A stretch of 64,000 bases of DNA, from positions 1,173 through 65,172 of the forward strand of contig CALWYZ010000011.1 in NCBI GenBank assembly GCA_944385895.1, written 5' to 3'. Below are positions 46,352-56,395 of the stretch, in pieces (within the stretch, counting starts at the first letter, position 1; every line of letters begins with the position of its first letter). The translations under genes were made by a program, and so were the position numbers. Under the pieces are notes generated by a model. It made no database searches and had not been told where the DNA came from. It saw only the letters and a list, made by a program, of their open reading frames with translations. The stretch is from an uncultured Clostridia bacterium. Its GTDB lineage: Bacteria; Bacillota; Clostridia; Oscillospirales; QAKW01.

Positions 46352-47959
46352 CTAATTGTCAGTCGTTTCAGACAAAATTATTGTTATCTGAATTTCTCTT
46401 GCATTTCTGTATACAGTCAATGTAATACTGTCGCCAGGCTTATAGTTGTTCTTTTCCTCATCAAGCTCTGCCATGTTAGTTATTTCAACACCGTTTACAG
46501 CTGTGATTATATCACCTTTTTTTAGACCCTGCTTATATGCGTCACACTCAGGATCGACATATTGTACGTATACGCCCTGAGGGATATCATACAGCTGAGC
46601 ATAGGTTGCATCAAGATCACTGCCCTGAATGCCTATATACGGTCTGTCTTTAATATATCCGTACTTTATAAGCTCTTCAATAATATCAGTAGCACTGGTT
46701 ATAGGTATTGCAAATCCTATGCCCTCATAGCCTGTAGTTACGATTTTAGATGAGGTTATACCAATTACCTGTCCGTATGAATTTACAAGAGGACCACCTG
46801 AATTTCCGGGATTTATAGACGCATCTGTTTGGATAAGCGTCATATATACATTTTCGATTGCGATACGCCGATTCAAAGCCGAGACTATACCTGAAGTAAC
46901 AGTTCCTGCAAGTTCGAGTCCATAAGGATTACCAATTGCAACTACAGTTTCTCCAACAACAAGTGAATCGCTGTCTCCGAATTCCGCAGGCTGAAGACCT
47001 GTCTCCTCAATTTTAAGCACAGCAAGATCTGTTCTTGTATCACTGCCAACCAGCTCTGCTGTATATTCCCGCTCATCTGCCAAAACCACCTTGATTGCAG
47101 CTGCATTTTCGACAACGTGTGCATTTGTTGCTATATAACCGTCTTCACTCAGTATTATTCCGGTACCGGAGCCCTGACCTATCTGTGATCCGTTGGTGAT
47201 AGTAACTATAATTCCCACAACGGAATCCTTCACCTTTGTATATATCTGAGGTACGGTAAGCATGTCATTGGAAGGCTGCTGCGTCTCAAGTGACGGAACA
47301 TTCAGATTTTCCTCCCGCTGATCATTTGTATCATTGTTATTGTTATCCACAACATTATTTTCATTTCCTGTATCCACAGGATCTTCATTTCCAACGTATA
47401 TAGAAGTGAACATAACTATTACGGCAAGAAAAAGAACAAATGCGACACTTGACACGCCTATAAGAGCAACTGTGACTCCACTCAGTTTAGTTTTTGTCTT
47501 TTTCGGCTTTGATTTCGGTTTCGGCTTTTTCTCAAAGCCGGTATACCCAGTATAGCCGCTGTTATACGGATTTGGATTCTGCCAGGTATAAGAGCCGTCA
47601 TCGTTATAATTCATTTTGCTGTTTTCAGAATTCTGATAATCAGTAGCCTTTGCATATTCTCTGGTATTTTCATTTGCTCTGTAAACATTGGTCTGCTCAG
47701 CTCGGTCAGATACAGGCTGCGTATCATTTTGCATACTGCCAGTATCCGTCTGGTACACCTGATCCGCCATTTCCGGCTCAGACCCGTCTGATAAAGGCTG
47801 CGTGTCATTTCCCGTGCTGCCTGTATCTGCCTGGTGCACCTGATCCGCCATTTCCGGCTTAACTGCATCTGCCTGAGTAAGGTTATTATCATTGCGATCA
47901 GTTTCAGCACCGTCAGCAGTATTGTTTAAATTGTTTTCATTTTCTTTGTACTGTTCCAT
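46352..47959 (-). CDS. htrA: membrane-anchored HtrA/DegP family serine protease (trypsin-like + PDZ) with long repetitive N-terminal region
   Basis: Catalytic context TNAHVV, D..LAVLK, GNSGGPL, plus a C-terminal PDZ domain. TM helix at about aa 170-200. The ATG at 47959 has an AGGAG RBS overlapping the kinase stop codon. Confidence 0.9.
   Translation of the reverse strand: MEQYKENENNLNNTADGAETDRNDNNLTQADAVKPEMADQVHQADTGSTGNDTQPLSDGSEPEMADQVYQTDTGSMQNDTQPVSDRAEQTNVYRANENTREYAKATDYQNSENSKMNYNDDGSYTWQNPNPYNSGYTGYTGFEKKPKPKSKPKKTKTKLSGVTVALIGVSSVAFVLFLAVIVMFTSIYVGNEDPVDTGNENNVVDNNNNDTNDQREENLNVPSLETQQPSNDMLTVPQIYTKVKDSVVGIIVTITNGSQIGQGSGTGIILSEDGYIATNAHVVENAAAIKVVLADEREYTAELVGSDTRTDLAVLKIEETGLQPAEFGDSDSLVVGETVVAIGNPYGLELAGTVTSGIVSALNRRIAIENVYMTLIQTDASINPGNSGGPLVNSYGQVIGITSSKIVTTGYEGIGFAIPITSATDIIEELIKYGYIKDRPYIGIQGSDLDATYAQLYDIPQGVYVQYVDPECDAYKQGLKKGDIITAVNGVEITNMAELDEEKNNYKPGDSITLTVYRNAREIQITIILSETTDN
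47705..47859 (-). repeat. 81-nt (27-aa) in-frame tandem duplication inside the htrA N-terminal region
   Basis: Copies at 47705-47778 and 47786-47859 align at period 81 with scattered substitutions. At protein level: PEMADQVHQADTGSTGNDTQPLSDGS / PEMADQVYQTDTGSMQNDTQPVSDRA. Confidence 0.85.
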
Positions 47960-47969
47960 AGTAGCACTC

Positions 47970-49391
47970 CTAATCTTTATAAAGCGGCAGAGAAAACATG
48001 AACTTTGCATATTCTCCTTCCTTGGAAGTGAGAATTATATCCTCGCCGTGCTCTTCTATTATATTTTTCACAAGATACAAGCCGATTCCCGTTCCCTTTT
48101 TATTAATACTACGGCTTTTATCTGCCTTGTAAAATCTTTCAAATATATGTGCGGCATCTTCTTTCGATATACCGCAGCCGGTATTTCTGACATAAATATT
48201 GGCTTTTTGAGAGGTGACCTCTATACCGCATCTGATTTCCCCGCCTTTTGGCGTAAACTTCACAGCATTATCCATTAGGTTGTACAAAACCCGATAAATG
48301 GCATCCTCATCGCCTTTTACGATTACAGGGTCATCTGGAAAATACGCTGTCAGAATAATTTCTCCCTGTTTTATTTTATCTTCAAAAGCAAACAGGGCTT
48401 TGCCTGCCGTTTTTACTATATCAAACGGTTTCATTACATACGTCATCTGCCCGGATTGTATACGCGCGACATCAAGAAAGGATGATACCATCCTTGATAC
48501 ACGCCTTGCCTCCTCGGATACAATAGTAAGATATTTATTATACTGCTCCGGAGGTATAGTTCCGTCCAGCATACCGTCCACAAACCCCGAAATAGTGGTC
48601 AACGGCGTACGCAGCTCATGTGATACATCGGTAATAAACGAGCGGCGGACCTGCTCAAGATTATCAATACCGTCTGCCATTGAATTGAACGCTACCGCCA
48701 ACGGCGCATATTCATTAGCATGGTCTACATCCAGGCGCTTTGAAAAATCACCGCGTGCATAACATCGCGCGACCGAACTCATTTCATAAAGAGGACGCAT
48801 CATGCGCTTTGTAAGAAAGAAAATTATTATAAACGCCACTACAAGCACAATAAATCCGCAAAACAGAAATACAAACAGCGTAGCTGCTATAATCGAGCCG
48901 ACATTCATCTCGGATGTTGTCACAAAAACTGCACCGCTTATTCCGTTATCGCCTATTATTACGGGTACTCCCACCGTGTACCCGACAGATGGCTTGTTTG
49001 TGGCAAAAGAGCATCTTGCTCTATATACGTTTCCCTCCAGTACAGTCCGAAGAACCGCCGCAGAGGGAAGACGGCTGTCCACACTTTTTATGTCAACAGT
49101 AGATATCTCGAGAATTCCGGAATCATTATAGACCAAAACCTCACTGCGCGTTGTTTCCTTTACGGCTGATATTGATGCTCCGAAAATATTGCCTGCAATA
49201 ATATAATAATTTTCCGGCATATCAGCAACGGTTTTGGCAATTTTATTTGCCGCACGCTCCATACTTTCGATCTGATTATTGAAAGTCCTCAGCCCTATAA
49301 CAAAACTTGCGACAAATCCCAACACTGCAACCGTTATAAAGACTATCAGCGCACATACACTGTAATACCTTAAAAATATCCTTTTATGCAT
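47970..49391 (-). CDS. sensor histidine kinase (two TM, HAMP, HisKA, HATPase_c)
   Basis: H-box SHELRTPLT, N-box LMDNAVKFT, G-boxes RNTGCGI / GTGIGL. Confidence 0.9.
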   Translation of the reverse strand: MHKRIFLRYYSVCALIVFITVAVLGFVASFVIGLRTFNNQIESMERAANKIAKTVADMPENYYIIAGNIFGASISAVKETTRSEVLVYNDSGILEISTVDIKSVDSRLPSAAVLRTVLEGNVYRARCSFATNKPSVGYTVGVPVIIGDNGISGAVFVTTSEMNVGSIIAATLFVFLFCGFIVLVVAFIIIFFLTKRMMRPLYEMSSVARCYARGDFSKRLDVDHANEYAPLAVAFNSMADGIDNLEQVRRSFITDVSHELRTPLTTISGFVDGMLDGTIPPEQYNKYLTIVSEEARRVSRMVSSFLDVARIQSGQMTYVMKPFDIVKTAGKALFAFEDKIKQGEIILTAYFPDDPVIVKGDEDAIYRVLYNLMDNAVKFTPKGGEIRCGIEVTSQKANIYVRNTGCGISKEDAAHIFERFYKADKSRSINKKGTGIGLYLVKNIIEEHGEDIILTSKEGEYAKFMFSLPLYKD

Positions 49392-49395
49392 AAAA

Positions 49396-50088
49396 TCAAT
49401 AAGTTTCGAATTTGTATCCCACGCCCCAGACTGTCTTTATAGTCCACTTATCCGAAACGCCCTCCAGCTTTTCACGTATTCTTTTTATATGAACGTCAAC
49501 CGTTCTTGAATCCCCGAAATACTTAAATCCCCAGATCTCATCCAGAAGCTGATCACGCGTAAACACACGGTTGGGGTTTTTAGCCAGATGATACAACAGT
49601 TCTATTTCCTTGGGCGGTGCGTCAATATCCTTTCCGCATACTCTCAACTTATAGTTTGTAAGTGAAACATACAGGTTTTCATATTCAACTTCCTGTTTGT
49701 CCGAAGGTGCCGCGTCAGCCGAAAGTTCTTTTGTGCGTCTTATCACACTTTTTATACGAGCCACAAGCTCTTTGCTGTCAAACGGTTTTGTGACATAATC
49801 GTCAGCACCAAGCTCAAGCCCCAGCACTTTATCAAACGTCTCACCCTTTGCAGACAGCATTATTATCGGAACATTGGAAGATTTACGTATTTCACGACAA
49901 ACTTCCCAGCCGTCCTTACCCGGAAGCATGATATCCAAAAGCACAAGATCAAATTTACCTTCCGAGAACTTATTTATTGCCTCCGTTCCGTCAAAGGCAC
50001 ATTCTACCTCATAGCCTTCTTTGACAAGATACAGACTTAAAAGATCGCAAATATTCCTCTCGTCATCTACAACTAAAATCCTACTCAT
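49396..50088 (-). CDS. OmpR/PhoB family response regulator
   Basis: Receiver domain (ILVVDDE...DLVLLDIMLPGKDG) and a winged-helix output domain (...TVWGVGYKF). Confidence 0.93.
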   Translation of the reverse strand: MSRILVVDDERNICDLLSLYLVKEGYEVECAFDGTEAINKFSEGKFDLVLLDIMLPGKDGWEVCREIRKSSNVPIIMLSAKGETFDKVLGLELGADDYVTKPFDSKELVARIKSVIRRTKELSADAAPSDKQEVEYENLYVSLTNYKLRVCGKDIDAPPKEIELLYHLAKNPNRVFTRDQLLDEIWGFKYFGDSRTVDVHIKRIREKLEGVSDKWTIKTVWGVGYKFETY

Positions 50089-50181
50089 AACTGCCTCCTT
50101 TTTATTATCTGCAATTTACACATACAGTATAACAGCTCTTACAAAAAATGGTTTAATAAAATGTGAACAAATTTTCTACTT

Positions 50182-50808
50182 TTATTTAAAACTGTCAAAT
50201 CCGCACGAAATACGGCGGATTGCAAGCCTGCCGCAGAAAATATCGGCAAGCTCTGTTTGGATTTTTTCAAGCTGTTCTTTCATAACAGTGATGACAAGAC
50301 ATACATTTTGCCCGAAATCACACGACACACGGTTATATGTTATGTTTTCCAAATATTTTTCAGCTTTAGAATAGCTTTTATACTCAAAGGTCAGCTCCAA
50401 AGTAACACTTTCAAGTCTAAGTGCAGTTTTAGCTTTTGCCAGAGTCTGCGCGACACTGCGGCTGTATGCACGTATCAGTCCTCCTGCGCCCAGCAGTATG
50501 CCGCCAAAGTATCTTGTCACAACGACACATGTATTATATACATCCTCTTTTTTAAGCACCTCAAGCATGGGCATTCCGGCTGTACCGGAAGGTTCGCCGT
50601 CATCCGAAAAACGCTCGGTACGAGGACTCCATAAACGGTATGCTGTACAATTATGTGTTGCGTCATTATGGGCGGTCCTTATCTCATTTATAAAATCCTG
50701 CGCGTCTTTCTCTGTCTCAACATATTTAATATGACATATAAACCTGCTTTTCTTTTCAATAAATTCAGTCGTACAGTCGCACGCAGTCACTTTATATCCG
50801 TTTTCCAT
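50182..50808 (-). CDS. yigZ: YigZ family protein (IMPACT/UPF0029)
   Basis: EKKSRFICHI...HNCTAYRL...SDDGEPSGTAG.PML...VVVTRYFGGILLGAGGL. Confidence 0.85.
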   Translation of the reverse strand: MENGYKVTACDCTTEFIEKKSRFICHIKYVETEKDAQDFINEIRTAHNDATHNCTAYRLWSPRTERFSDDGEPSGTAGMPMLEVLKKEDVYNTCVVVTRYFGGILLGAGGLIRAYSRSVAQTLAKAKTALRLESVTLELTFEYKSYSKAEKYLENITYNRVSCDFGQNVCLVITVMKEQLEKIQTELADIFCGRLAIRRISCGFDSFK

Positions 50809-50896
50809 TGACTTTTCCTTTCTCTTATTATATAAATATAGTATTATAATATAGTTATTTTTTCAAGAAAATATTTTGAAGGAAGGTAATAATCGT

Positions 50897-51712
50897 ATGC
50901 AAAAAGGTGCTTTTTTCTGGCAGCTTAATAAAGCGGTCATGAACGGAGAGGCTGATAATATAGGCAGTGTTTTAGAAAAGCTTATACCGCTCGGTTTGTC
51001 TTTTGTAGACGTCGGCAGCGTCGATATCAATGAAAAACGCGGACCGAAAGAATTACTTTTTGAATTGAACAAATACGGAATTTATATAGCATCGTTATAT
51101 TATATTACAAATTTTGACGATGACAGCATTGATTTAAAAGAGCTAAACAAGCGCATGCTGGATTTATGCGCCAATCTTGACTGCAAGTTATTAATGCCGG
51201 TACCGAGAGTAAAAAATCCAAACAAAAGCGATGTACAGCGCCAGTACTGGCAAGACAAAATAATAGATTACCTTTGTGAGACTATATCCCAGTCTGATGA
51301 ATACGGTATAAATATCACATTAGAGAATTTTTCTGATTTAAATACTCCGTTTTCTACTATTGACGATATAAAATATATTCTGGATAAACTACCCGGCATT
51401 TCCTACACACTGGACACAGGAAATTTCTGGTTTGCCGGAAATGATGCTGTTGTGGCGGCAAAAAAGTTTTCTGAGAGGATCTCACATGTACATTTAAAAG
51501 ACATTTTACCAAAAAGCAACGGATTTTTAAATATAAACGGCAAAAGCTGTGACAGTGTGGCGATCGGAGACGGCAAAATTTCCTTTCCCGATATATTCAA
51601 CGTTTTGAAAAAAAACGGATTTGATAAAACCTTCAGTATAGAAATAAACAGCAATACTGATCTGCTTGAAAAAACAATAAAATCATTGATGCAACTTCAA
51701 TATTATAAATAA
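50897..51712 (+). CDS. sugar phosphate isomerase/epimerase (xylose isomerase-like TIM barrel)
   Basis: ITLENF..., HVHLKD... motifs. The ATG at 50897 is preceded by GAAGGAAGG. Confidence 0.7.
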   Translation: MQKGAFFWQLNKAVMNGEADNIGSVLEKLIPLGLSFVDVGSVDINEKRGPKELLFELNKYGIYIASLYYITNFDDDSIDLKELNKRMLDLCANLDCKLLMPVPRVKNPNKSDVQRQYWQDKIIDYLCETISQSDEYGINITLENFSDLNTPFSTIDDIKYILDKLPGISYTLDTGNFWFAGNDAVVAAKKFSERISHVHLKDILPKSNGFLNINGKSCDSVAIGDGKISFPDIFNVLKKNGFDKTFSIEINSNTDLLEKTIKSLMQLQYYK

Positions 51713-51787
51713 CGGTTTTGCTGCATATCTAAAACTTTGAAATACCATCAAAACGTATATATAAAATCTTATTTGAATACGTTTTTT

Positions 51788-51820
51788 AAAAAAACAGCAC
51801 TCTTTAAAGAGTGCTGTTTT
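51788..51820. terminator. bidirectional terminator
   Basis: Perfect palindrome AAAACAGCACTCTTT/AAAGAGTGCTGTTTT. Confidence 0.75.
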
Positions 51821-51847
51821 AATTTACAATATATAACCAGGATATTT

Positions 51848-53236
51848 TCATTCAATTTTGTCAGTTTGATCAGCCGTGATCTGTGTATTGTCCTTAGGAA
51901 GTCTGCGAAAGAATAAAATTAAAAAAACTATTGCGACCGACATTGCAACCATATCAGCAATAGGAGTGGCCCATACGATGCCGTTAACTCCTGCAAAATG
52001 ATTGAGTAAAAACATAAACGGAATATCCAGTCCGCCCTTACGCAGCAACGACAGCACAGCAGGCTGAATTTTTTTGCCCACAGACTGAAATGCCGTAATT
52101 ACAAGCATTGTAACAGAGATACAAGGCCCTGTGATACATATGATCCGCTGGAACAACTGCCCGTAACTTACCGTCTGAGGATCGTCAATGAAAGCACGTA
52201 CAATGGGACCTGCACAAGTAAAAAGAAAAACTGTGGAAATCACGGAAATGACCAAGCTCATAAAAAAATCCACTTTTAAAGCCGACTTCATACGCTTTAT
52301 ATTACGTGCAGAATAATTATATGCGATCAGTGGCAGAGCTCCCTGAGACATGCCCGTAGCGATGGCAAACGTCATCATATCAATCTTTTTAGCGACGCCG
52401 ATACCTGCTATTGCAGCATTGGAGTACCCTGACATAAGCTTATTGATAGTGATGTTGGACAGCACACCCATAAGATTCATCATGCAACTGGGCAAGCCTA
52501 CCAAAAATATCTCCTTTGGGATCTTCTGACCCCATGTATAGTTGCGTAAATCAAAGGAAATTTCAGTGGAATTTCGTTTTTTGATCAATAGAACGATATA
52601 ATATACGGTTGCGATAGCATTAGAGAGCATCGTTGCAATTGCCGCTCCGGCAATTGCAAGCCGAAATCCAAATATAAACAGCGGATCAAGCAAAATATTC
52701 AGTATTCCGCCCATTGCCACGCCAAAGCTGGCCTGAGATGAATGGCCCTCAGATCTAACCAGATGGGCCAAAGTCTGATTAAGAACTGTCGGCAATGCAC
52801 CAACAGTAATTGTCCAGAAAGCATACTGACAACAAAACTCATAGGTTTGCTCATCAGCGCCTATTGCGGGAAGCAGTGACGCACGCATCAGAAAAACACC
52901 CAGTCCGTACAGCAGTGATACCGCTACGGCAGTCCAGATGCTGAAAGCAGCTGCCTTTCTGGCTCGCTGATTATCGCCTGAGCCCAGGCTACGTGCCATC
53001 AGGCTGGAGCCGCCTATTCCGAATAAGTTTGCAAAACCGGTAAGGAAAATAAACAACGGCATGCACAGCGATACTGCCGCCACCTGATTTGAGTCCCCTA
53101 TCTGCCCTATAAAAAACGTATCCGCCATATTATAGATCACAGTAATAAGCTGGCTTATAACAGTCGGTACTATAAGCGACAGCAGGGCTCTGCCTACCGG
53201 TACGTCTTCAAATAAAACTTGTTCTTTGGTTTTCAT
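51848..53236 (-). CDS. MATE family efflux transporter
   Basis: 462 aa, 12-TM type. N-terminus ...LSLIVPTVISQLITVIYNMADTFFIGQ is typical of MatE. Confidence 0.88.
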   Translation of the reverse strand: MKTKEQVLFEDVPVGRALLSLIVPTVISQLITVIYNMADTFFIGQIGDSNQVAAVSLCMPLFIFLTGFANLFGIGGSSLMARSLGSGDNQRARKAAAFSIWTAVAVSLLYGLGVFLMRASLLPAIGADEQTYEFCCQYAFWTITVGALPTVLNQTLAHLVRSEGHSSQASFGVAMGGILNILLDPLFIFGFRLAIAGAAIATMLSNAIATVYYIVLLIKKRNSTEISFDLRNYTWGQKIPKEIFLVGLPSCMMNLMGVLSNITINKLMSGYSNAAIAGIGVAKKIDMMTFAIATGMSQGALPLIAYNYSARNIKRMKSALKVDFFMSLVISVISTVFLFTCAGPIVRAFIDDPQTVSYGQLFQRIICITGPCISVTMLVITAFQSVGKKIQPAVLSLLRKGGLDIPFMFLLNHFAGVNGIVWATPIADMVAMSVAIVFLILFFRRLPKDNTQITADQTDKIE

Positions 53237-53351
53237 TCTCTATCCCCATATTATCACGCCATTGACTGTACACACAATTCAATATCAGACAGACTGTCGA
53301 TTTGCATACACAAGCTGAAGCTTGCTTGTAGCTTTCTGCTTTTTATATACA

Positions 53352-53393
53352 AACGCGTTTATTATCTTCCGGAACGCGTTTATTATCTTCCGG
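53352..53393. repeat. exact 21-bp tandem duplication AACGCGTTTATTATCTTCCGG x2
   Basis: Copies at 53352-53372 and 53373-53393 are identical. Each holds the palindrome AACGCGTT. The junction creates the palindrome TTCCGGAA. Confidence 0.9.
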
Positions 53394-53724
53394 CTACCGG
53401 CCGGACAACTTTTTTAATTGATAAAATTTTGTGTCATTCAGTAAATGTACATTTTTATACATCAGAGTTGGCTGAAAGAATTCATTTTTCACAGCTTATA
53501 TACCGACAATTATATTTTATGGTAAACTTATTTTTCTGGTTTGTCAAGCGCTCAGCAAACCATCAGATATAATACTTCAGAAAGCATACAACTGTAAAAT
53601 ATACTAAAGACATTACAGTCACAATACATACCTTCCCTGTCACGGAAAATTTGTCGAAAATATTTTTTAGTAAAGACAAAGCCTAAACTTGGAATAAATA
53701 TTTTTCAAAAAAATAAAAAAACTA

Positions 53725-53753
53725 TTTACAAAAAGATGTGGACAGTATATAAT
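53725..53753 (+). promoter_or_regulatory. sigma-A type promoter for rpsO
   Basis: TTTACA (53725-53730), 17 nt, TATAAT (53748-53753). This leaves a leader of about 85 nt. Confidence 0.6.
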
Positions 53754-53843
53754 ACTTAGTATGTTTAACTATACTCGGAGTCAGGCATATCACCTGCGGG
53801 TTCTGGGTATAGCCGGACAAATACAAAGAAAGGTGATAAAGCA

Positions 53844-54110
53844 ATGATCAAAAAAGAGATAAAGACCTCTGTTATCGAACAGAACAGACTTCACGACACC
53901 GATACAGGTTCGCCCGAGGTGCAGATAGCTATACTCACAGCAAGAATCAACGAGCTGACAGAGCATCTGAAGAAAAACCCCAACGACCACCACTCAAGAC
54001 GCGGTCTGCTTAAAATGGTCGGTAACAGACGTAACCTTCTTAATTATCTGATTAAAAAGGATATCACAAGATACCGTGCGATTATTGAGAAACTCAATAT
54101 AAGAAAGTAA
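53844..54110 (+). CDS. rpsO: 30S ribosomal protein S15
   Basis: 88 aa. ...[50 protein letters not shown]... Confidence 0.97.
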   Translation: MIKKEIKTSVIEQNRLHDTDTGSPEVQIAILTARINELTEHLKKNPNDHHSRRGLLKMVGNRRNLLNYLIKKDITRYRAIIEKLNIRK

Positions 54111-54118
54111 ACTGTTAT

Positions 54119-54144
54119 AGGCGAAATTTCTACAAATTTCGCCT
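54119..54144 (+). terminator. rpsO terminator / rpsO-pnp processing hairpin
   Basis: AGGCGAAATTT-ctac-AAATTTCGCCT, 9 nt after the rpsO stop. The downstream T-tract is weak. Confidence 0.5.
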
Positions 54145-54273
54145 ATATCCATTTTAAATTGTCAAATACCGGAACGGCGGCAGTTTAGCAGTCAAATGTA
54201 TGCTTTAAGGTAAAGCGTATATTTCAGTGTTAAACAGCGGCCTTACCGGAAGAATAAATCAGGAGGTACTTAA

Positions 54274-56391
54274 ATGTACGAAAATCACAGAATTTTTGAA
54301 ACGGAAATCGCCGGCCGCAAACTTATAGTGGAAACCGGCAAGTATGCAGAGCTTGCAAACGGCTCGGCTCTTGTACGCTATGGTGATACGGTTATTCTTG
54401 CAACCGCTACTGCCTCAAAAAAACCCCGAGACGGCATAGACTTTTTCCCGCTTTCGGTTGATTTTGAAGAACGGCTATACGCTGTCGGAAAAATACCCGG
54501 AAGTTTTCTTCGCCGTGAAGGACGTCCGAGCGAAAAGGCCATACTCAGCTCAAGAGTTATCGACCGCTCTATCCGTCCGCTTTTCCCAAAGGATATGCGC
54601 AATGATGTAAATGTCAATATCACCGTTCTGGCAGTAGACCAGGACAATATACCTGAAATTGTAGGAATGATCGGCGCGTCAATAGCACTGTCAATATCAG
54701 ATATACCGTTCAATGGTCCGATAAGCGGAGTTTCGGTAGGATATGTCGATAACCAGATCGTATTCAACCCTACAGCCCAGCAGCGCGAAAAGTCTCAAAT
54801 GGCTGTAACCGTGGCATCAACCGCATATAAGGTTACCATGATAGAGGCCGGAGCTAATGAAATTCCTGATGACATCATGTATGATGGAATTATGAAGGGT
54901 CACGAGGAAAACCAGAAAACAGTCGAATTTATTAATAACATAGTAGCCCAGATAGGCAAGCCCAAATTCTCTTTTGAATCCTGTGAAGTAGACCATGAGC
55001 TGTTTGACAGCATAAAAGATTTTGCTCAAGAGGATATGAAAACCGCACTTGATTCCAACGATAAAGAAAAAAGAGATCAGGATATTGCAAAAGTCTATGA
55101 AAAAGTACACACTCAATTTGATGCGGATAACGAAGATCGTATTTCGATGATAGACGAATGTCTGTACAAACTTCAAAAATATATCGTACGCACTTGGCTG
55201 TCTGAAGAAGGGAAACGTGTAGACGGAAGAGGCATTGACGATCTGCGTCCACTATATGCAGAGGTAGGACTTTTGCCCAAGGTTCATGGCTGCGGTCTGT
55301 TTGCGCGTGGGAAAACTCAGGTTTTGACTGTCGCCACTCTCGGTATGATATCCGAAGAACAGGTACTTGACGGTCTTGATGACGTTGAGACAAAAAGATA
55401 TATCCATCATTATAACATGCCGGGCTTTACAGTCGGTGACGCAAAACCTTCCAGAAGCCCTGGCAGACGCGAAATAGGTCACGGCGCACTTGCAGAGCGC
55501 GCATTGGAACCGGTAATCCCTTCAGTAGACAAATTTCCTTATACAATCCGGCTTGTGTCTGACGTTCTTACCTCAAACGGTTCAACCTCACAGGGCTCAA
55601 TATGCGGCTCTACCCTTGCTCTCATGGACGCCGGAGTGCCGATAAAAGCCCCGGTTGCAGGTATTTCCTGCGGTCTTATTACCCGTGATGACGGCAGCTT
55701 TATGACAATGGTTGATATCCAGGGCATAGAAGACTTTTTCGGTGATATGGACTTCAAGGTAGCCGGTACAAAAGCAGGAATAACTGCTATACAGATGGAT
55801 ATCAAGGTTGACGGGCTTACCGGAGATATAATTAAAGAGGCTATTGAAAAAACAAGAAAAGCCAGATACTATATCATTGATGAAGTTATACTCAAGACTA
55901 TTGCAAAACCACGCGATGATGTAAAAGAATGGGCACCTAAAGTCATAACTTACAGCATAAATCCTGAAAAAATACGCGATGTAATCGGTACCGGAGGTAA
56001 AGTTGTTCAGAAAATAGTAGCCGATACAGGAGCAAAAATCGATATCGAGGACGACGGATCGGTATTTATTTCCGCAACCGAAAAATCAGCTGCTGACAAA
56101 GCCCTTGAAATTATTAAAGGAATCGTGTTCGAGCCGGAAATAGGAGCTATTTACAGAGCGAAAGTCGTAAAACTTATGCAATTCGGTGCGTTTGTTGAAT
56201 TTGCTCCCGGTAAAGAGGGGCTTGTTCACATTTCTAAGCTTGACACCAAACGCGTCGAAAAAGTAGAGGACCTGCTTTCTGTGGGCGACGAAATATATGT
56301 CAAATTTATGGAAATTGACGATAAGGGCAGATATAACCTGTCCAGAAAAGACGCACTTATCGATATGCAAAACGGTGCAACCGTTCAATAA
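54274..56391 (+). CDS. pnp: polyribonucleotide nucleotidyltransferase (PNPase)
   Basis: 705 aa. Two RNase PH-like domains (…RREIGHGALAERAL…), then KH (GTGGKVVQKI) and S1 (GAFVEFAPGKEGLVHIS) domains. Confidence 0.97.
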   Translation: MYENHRIFETEIAGRKLIVETGKYAELANGSALVRYGDTVILATATASKKPRDGIDFFPLSVDFEERLYAVGKIPGSFLRREGRPSEKAILSSRVIDRSIRPLFPKDMRNDVNVNITVLAVDQDNIPEIVGMIGASIALSISDIPFNGPISGVSVGYVDNQIVFNPTAQQREKSQMAVTVASTAYKVTMIEAGANEIPDDIMYDGIMKGHEENQKTVEFINNIVAQIGKPKFSFESCEVDHELFDSIKDFAQEDMKTALDSNDKEKRDQDIAKVYEKVHTQFDADNEDRISMIDECLYKLQKYIVRTWLSEEGKRVDGRGIDDLRPLYAEVGLLPKVHGCGLFARGKTQVLTVATLGMISEEQVLDGLDDVETKRYIHHYNMPGFTVGDAKPSRSPGRREIGHGALAERALEPVIPSVDKFPYTIRLVSDVLTSNGSTSQGSICGSTLALMDAGVPIKAPVAGISCGLITRDDGSFMTMVDIQGIEDFFGDMDFKVAGTKAGITAIQMDIKVDGLTGDIIKEAIEKTRKARYYIIDEVILKTIAKPRDDVKEWAPKVITYSINPEKIRDVIGTGGKVVQKIVADTGAKIDIEDDGSVFISATEKSAADKALEIIKGIVFEPEIGAIYRAKVVKLMQFGAFVEFAPGKEGLVHISKLDTKRVEKVEDLLSVGDEIYVKFMEIDDKGRYNLSRKDALIDMQNGATVQ

Positions 56392-56395
56392 CTGC

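Noticed and set aside
47611-47910. 99-aa minus-strand ORF with an internal repeat (SRKWRIRCTR x2) inside htrA.
   Set aside because: It is an alternative frame of the 81-nt duplication in the htrA N-terminal region. The repeat is explained by the DNA duplication, not by a separate gene.
53219-53572. 117-aa + strand ORF in the large intergenic region.
   Set aside because: It starts inside the MATE gene start on the opposite strand and reads through the 21-bp tandem repeat. It has no RBS and no recognisable motifs.
53237-53700. Possible guanidine (ykkC) or other efflux-associated riboswitch upstream of the MATE gene.
   Set aside because: The minus-strand sequence has none of the conserved GGGA/ACGR/CCGAGAG-type blocks and no terminator hairpin.
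54145-54273. Structured pnp leader as a distinct regulatory RNA.
   Set aside because: Only short imperfect hairpins are visible (for example GCTTTA-agg-TAAAGC). This fits an ordinary rpsO-pnp intergenic processing region, and I cannot support a specific element from sequence alone.
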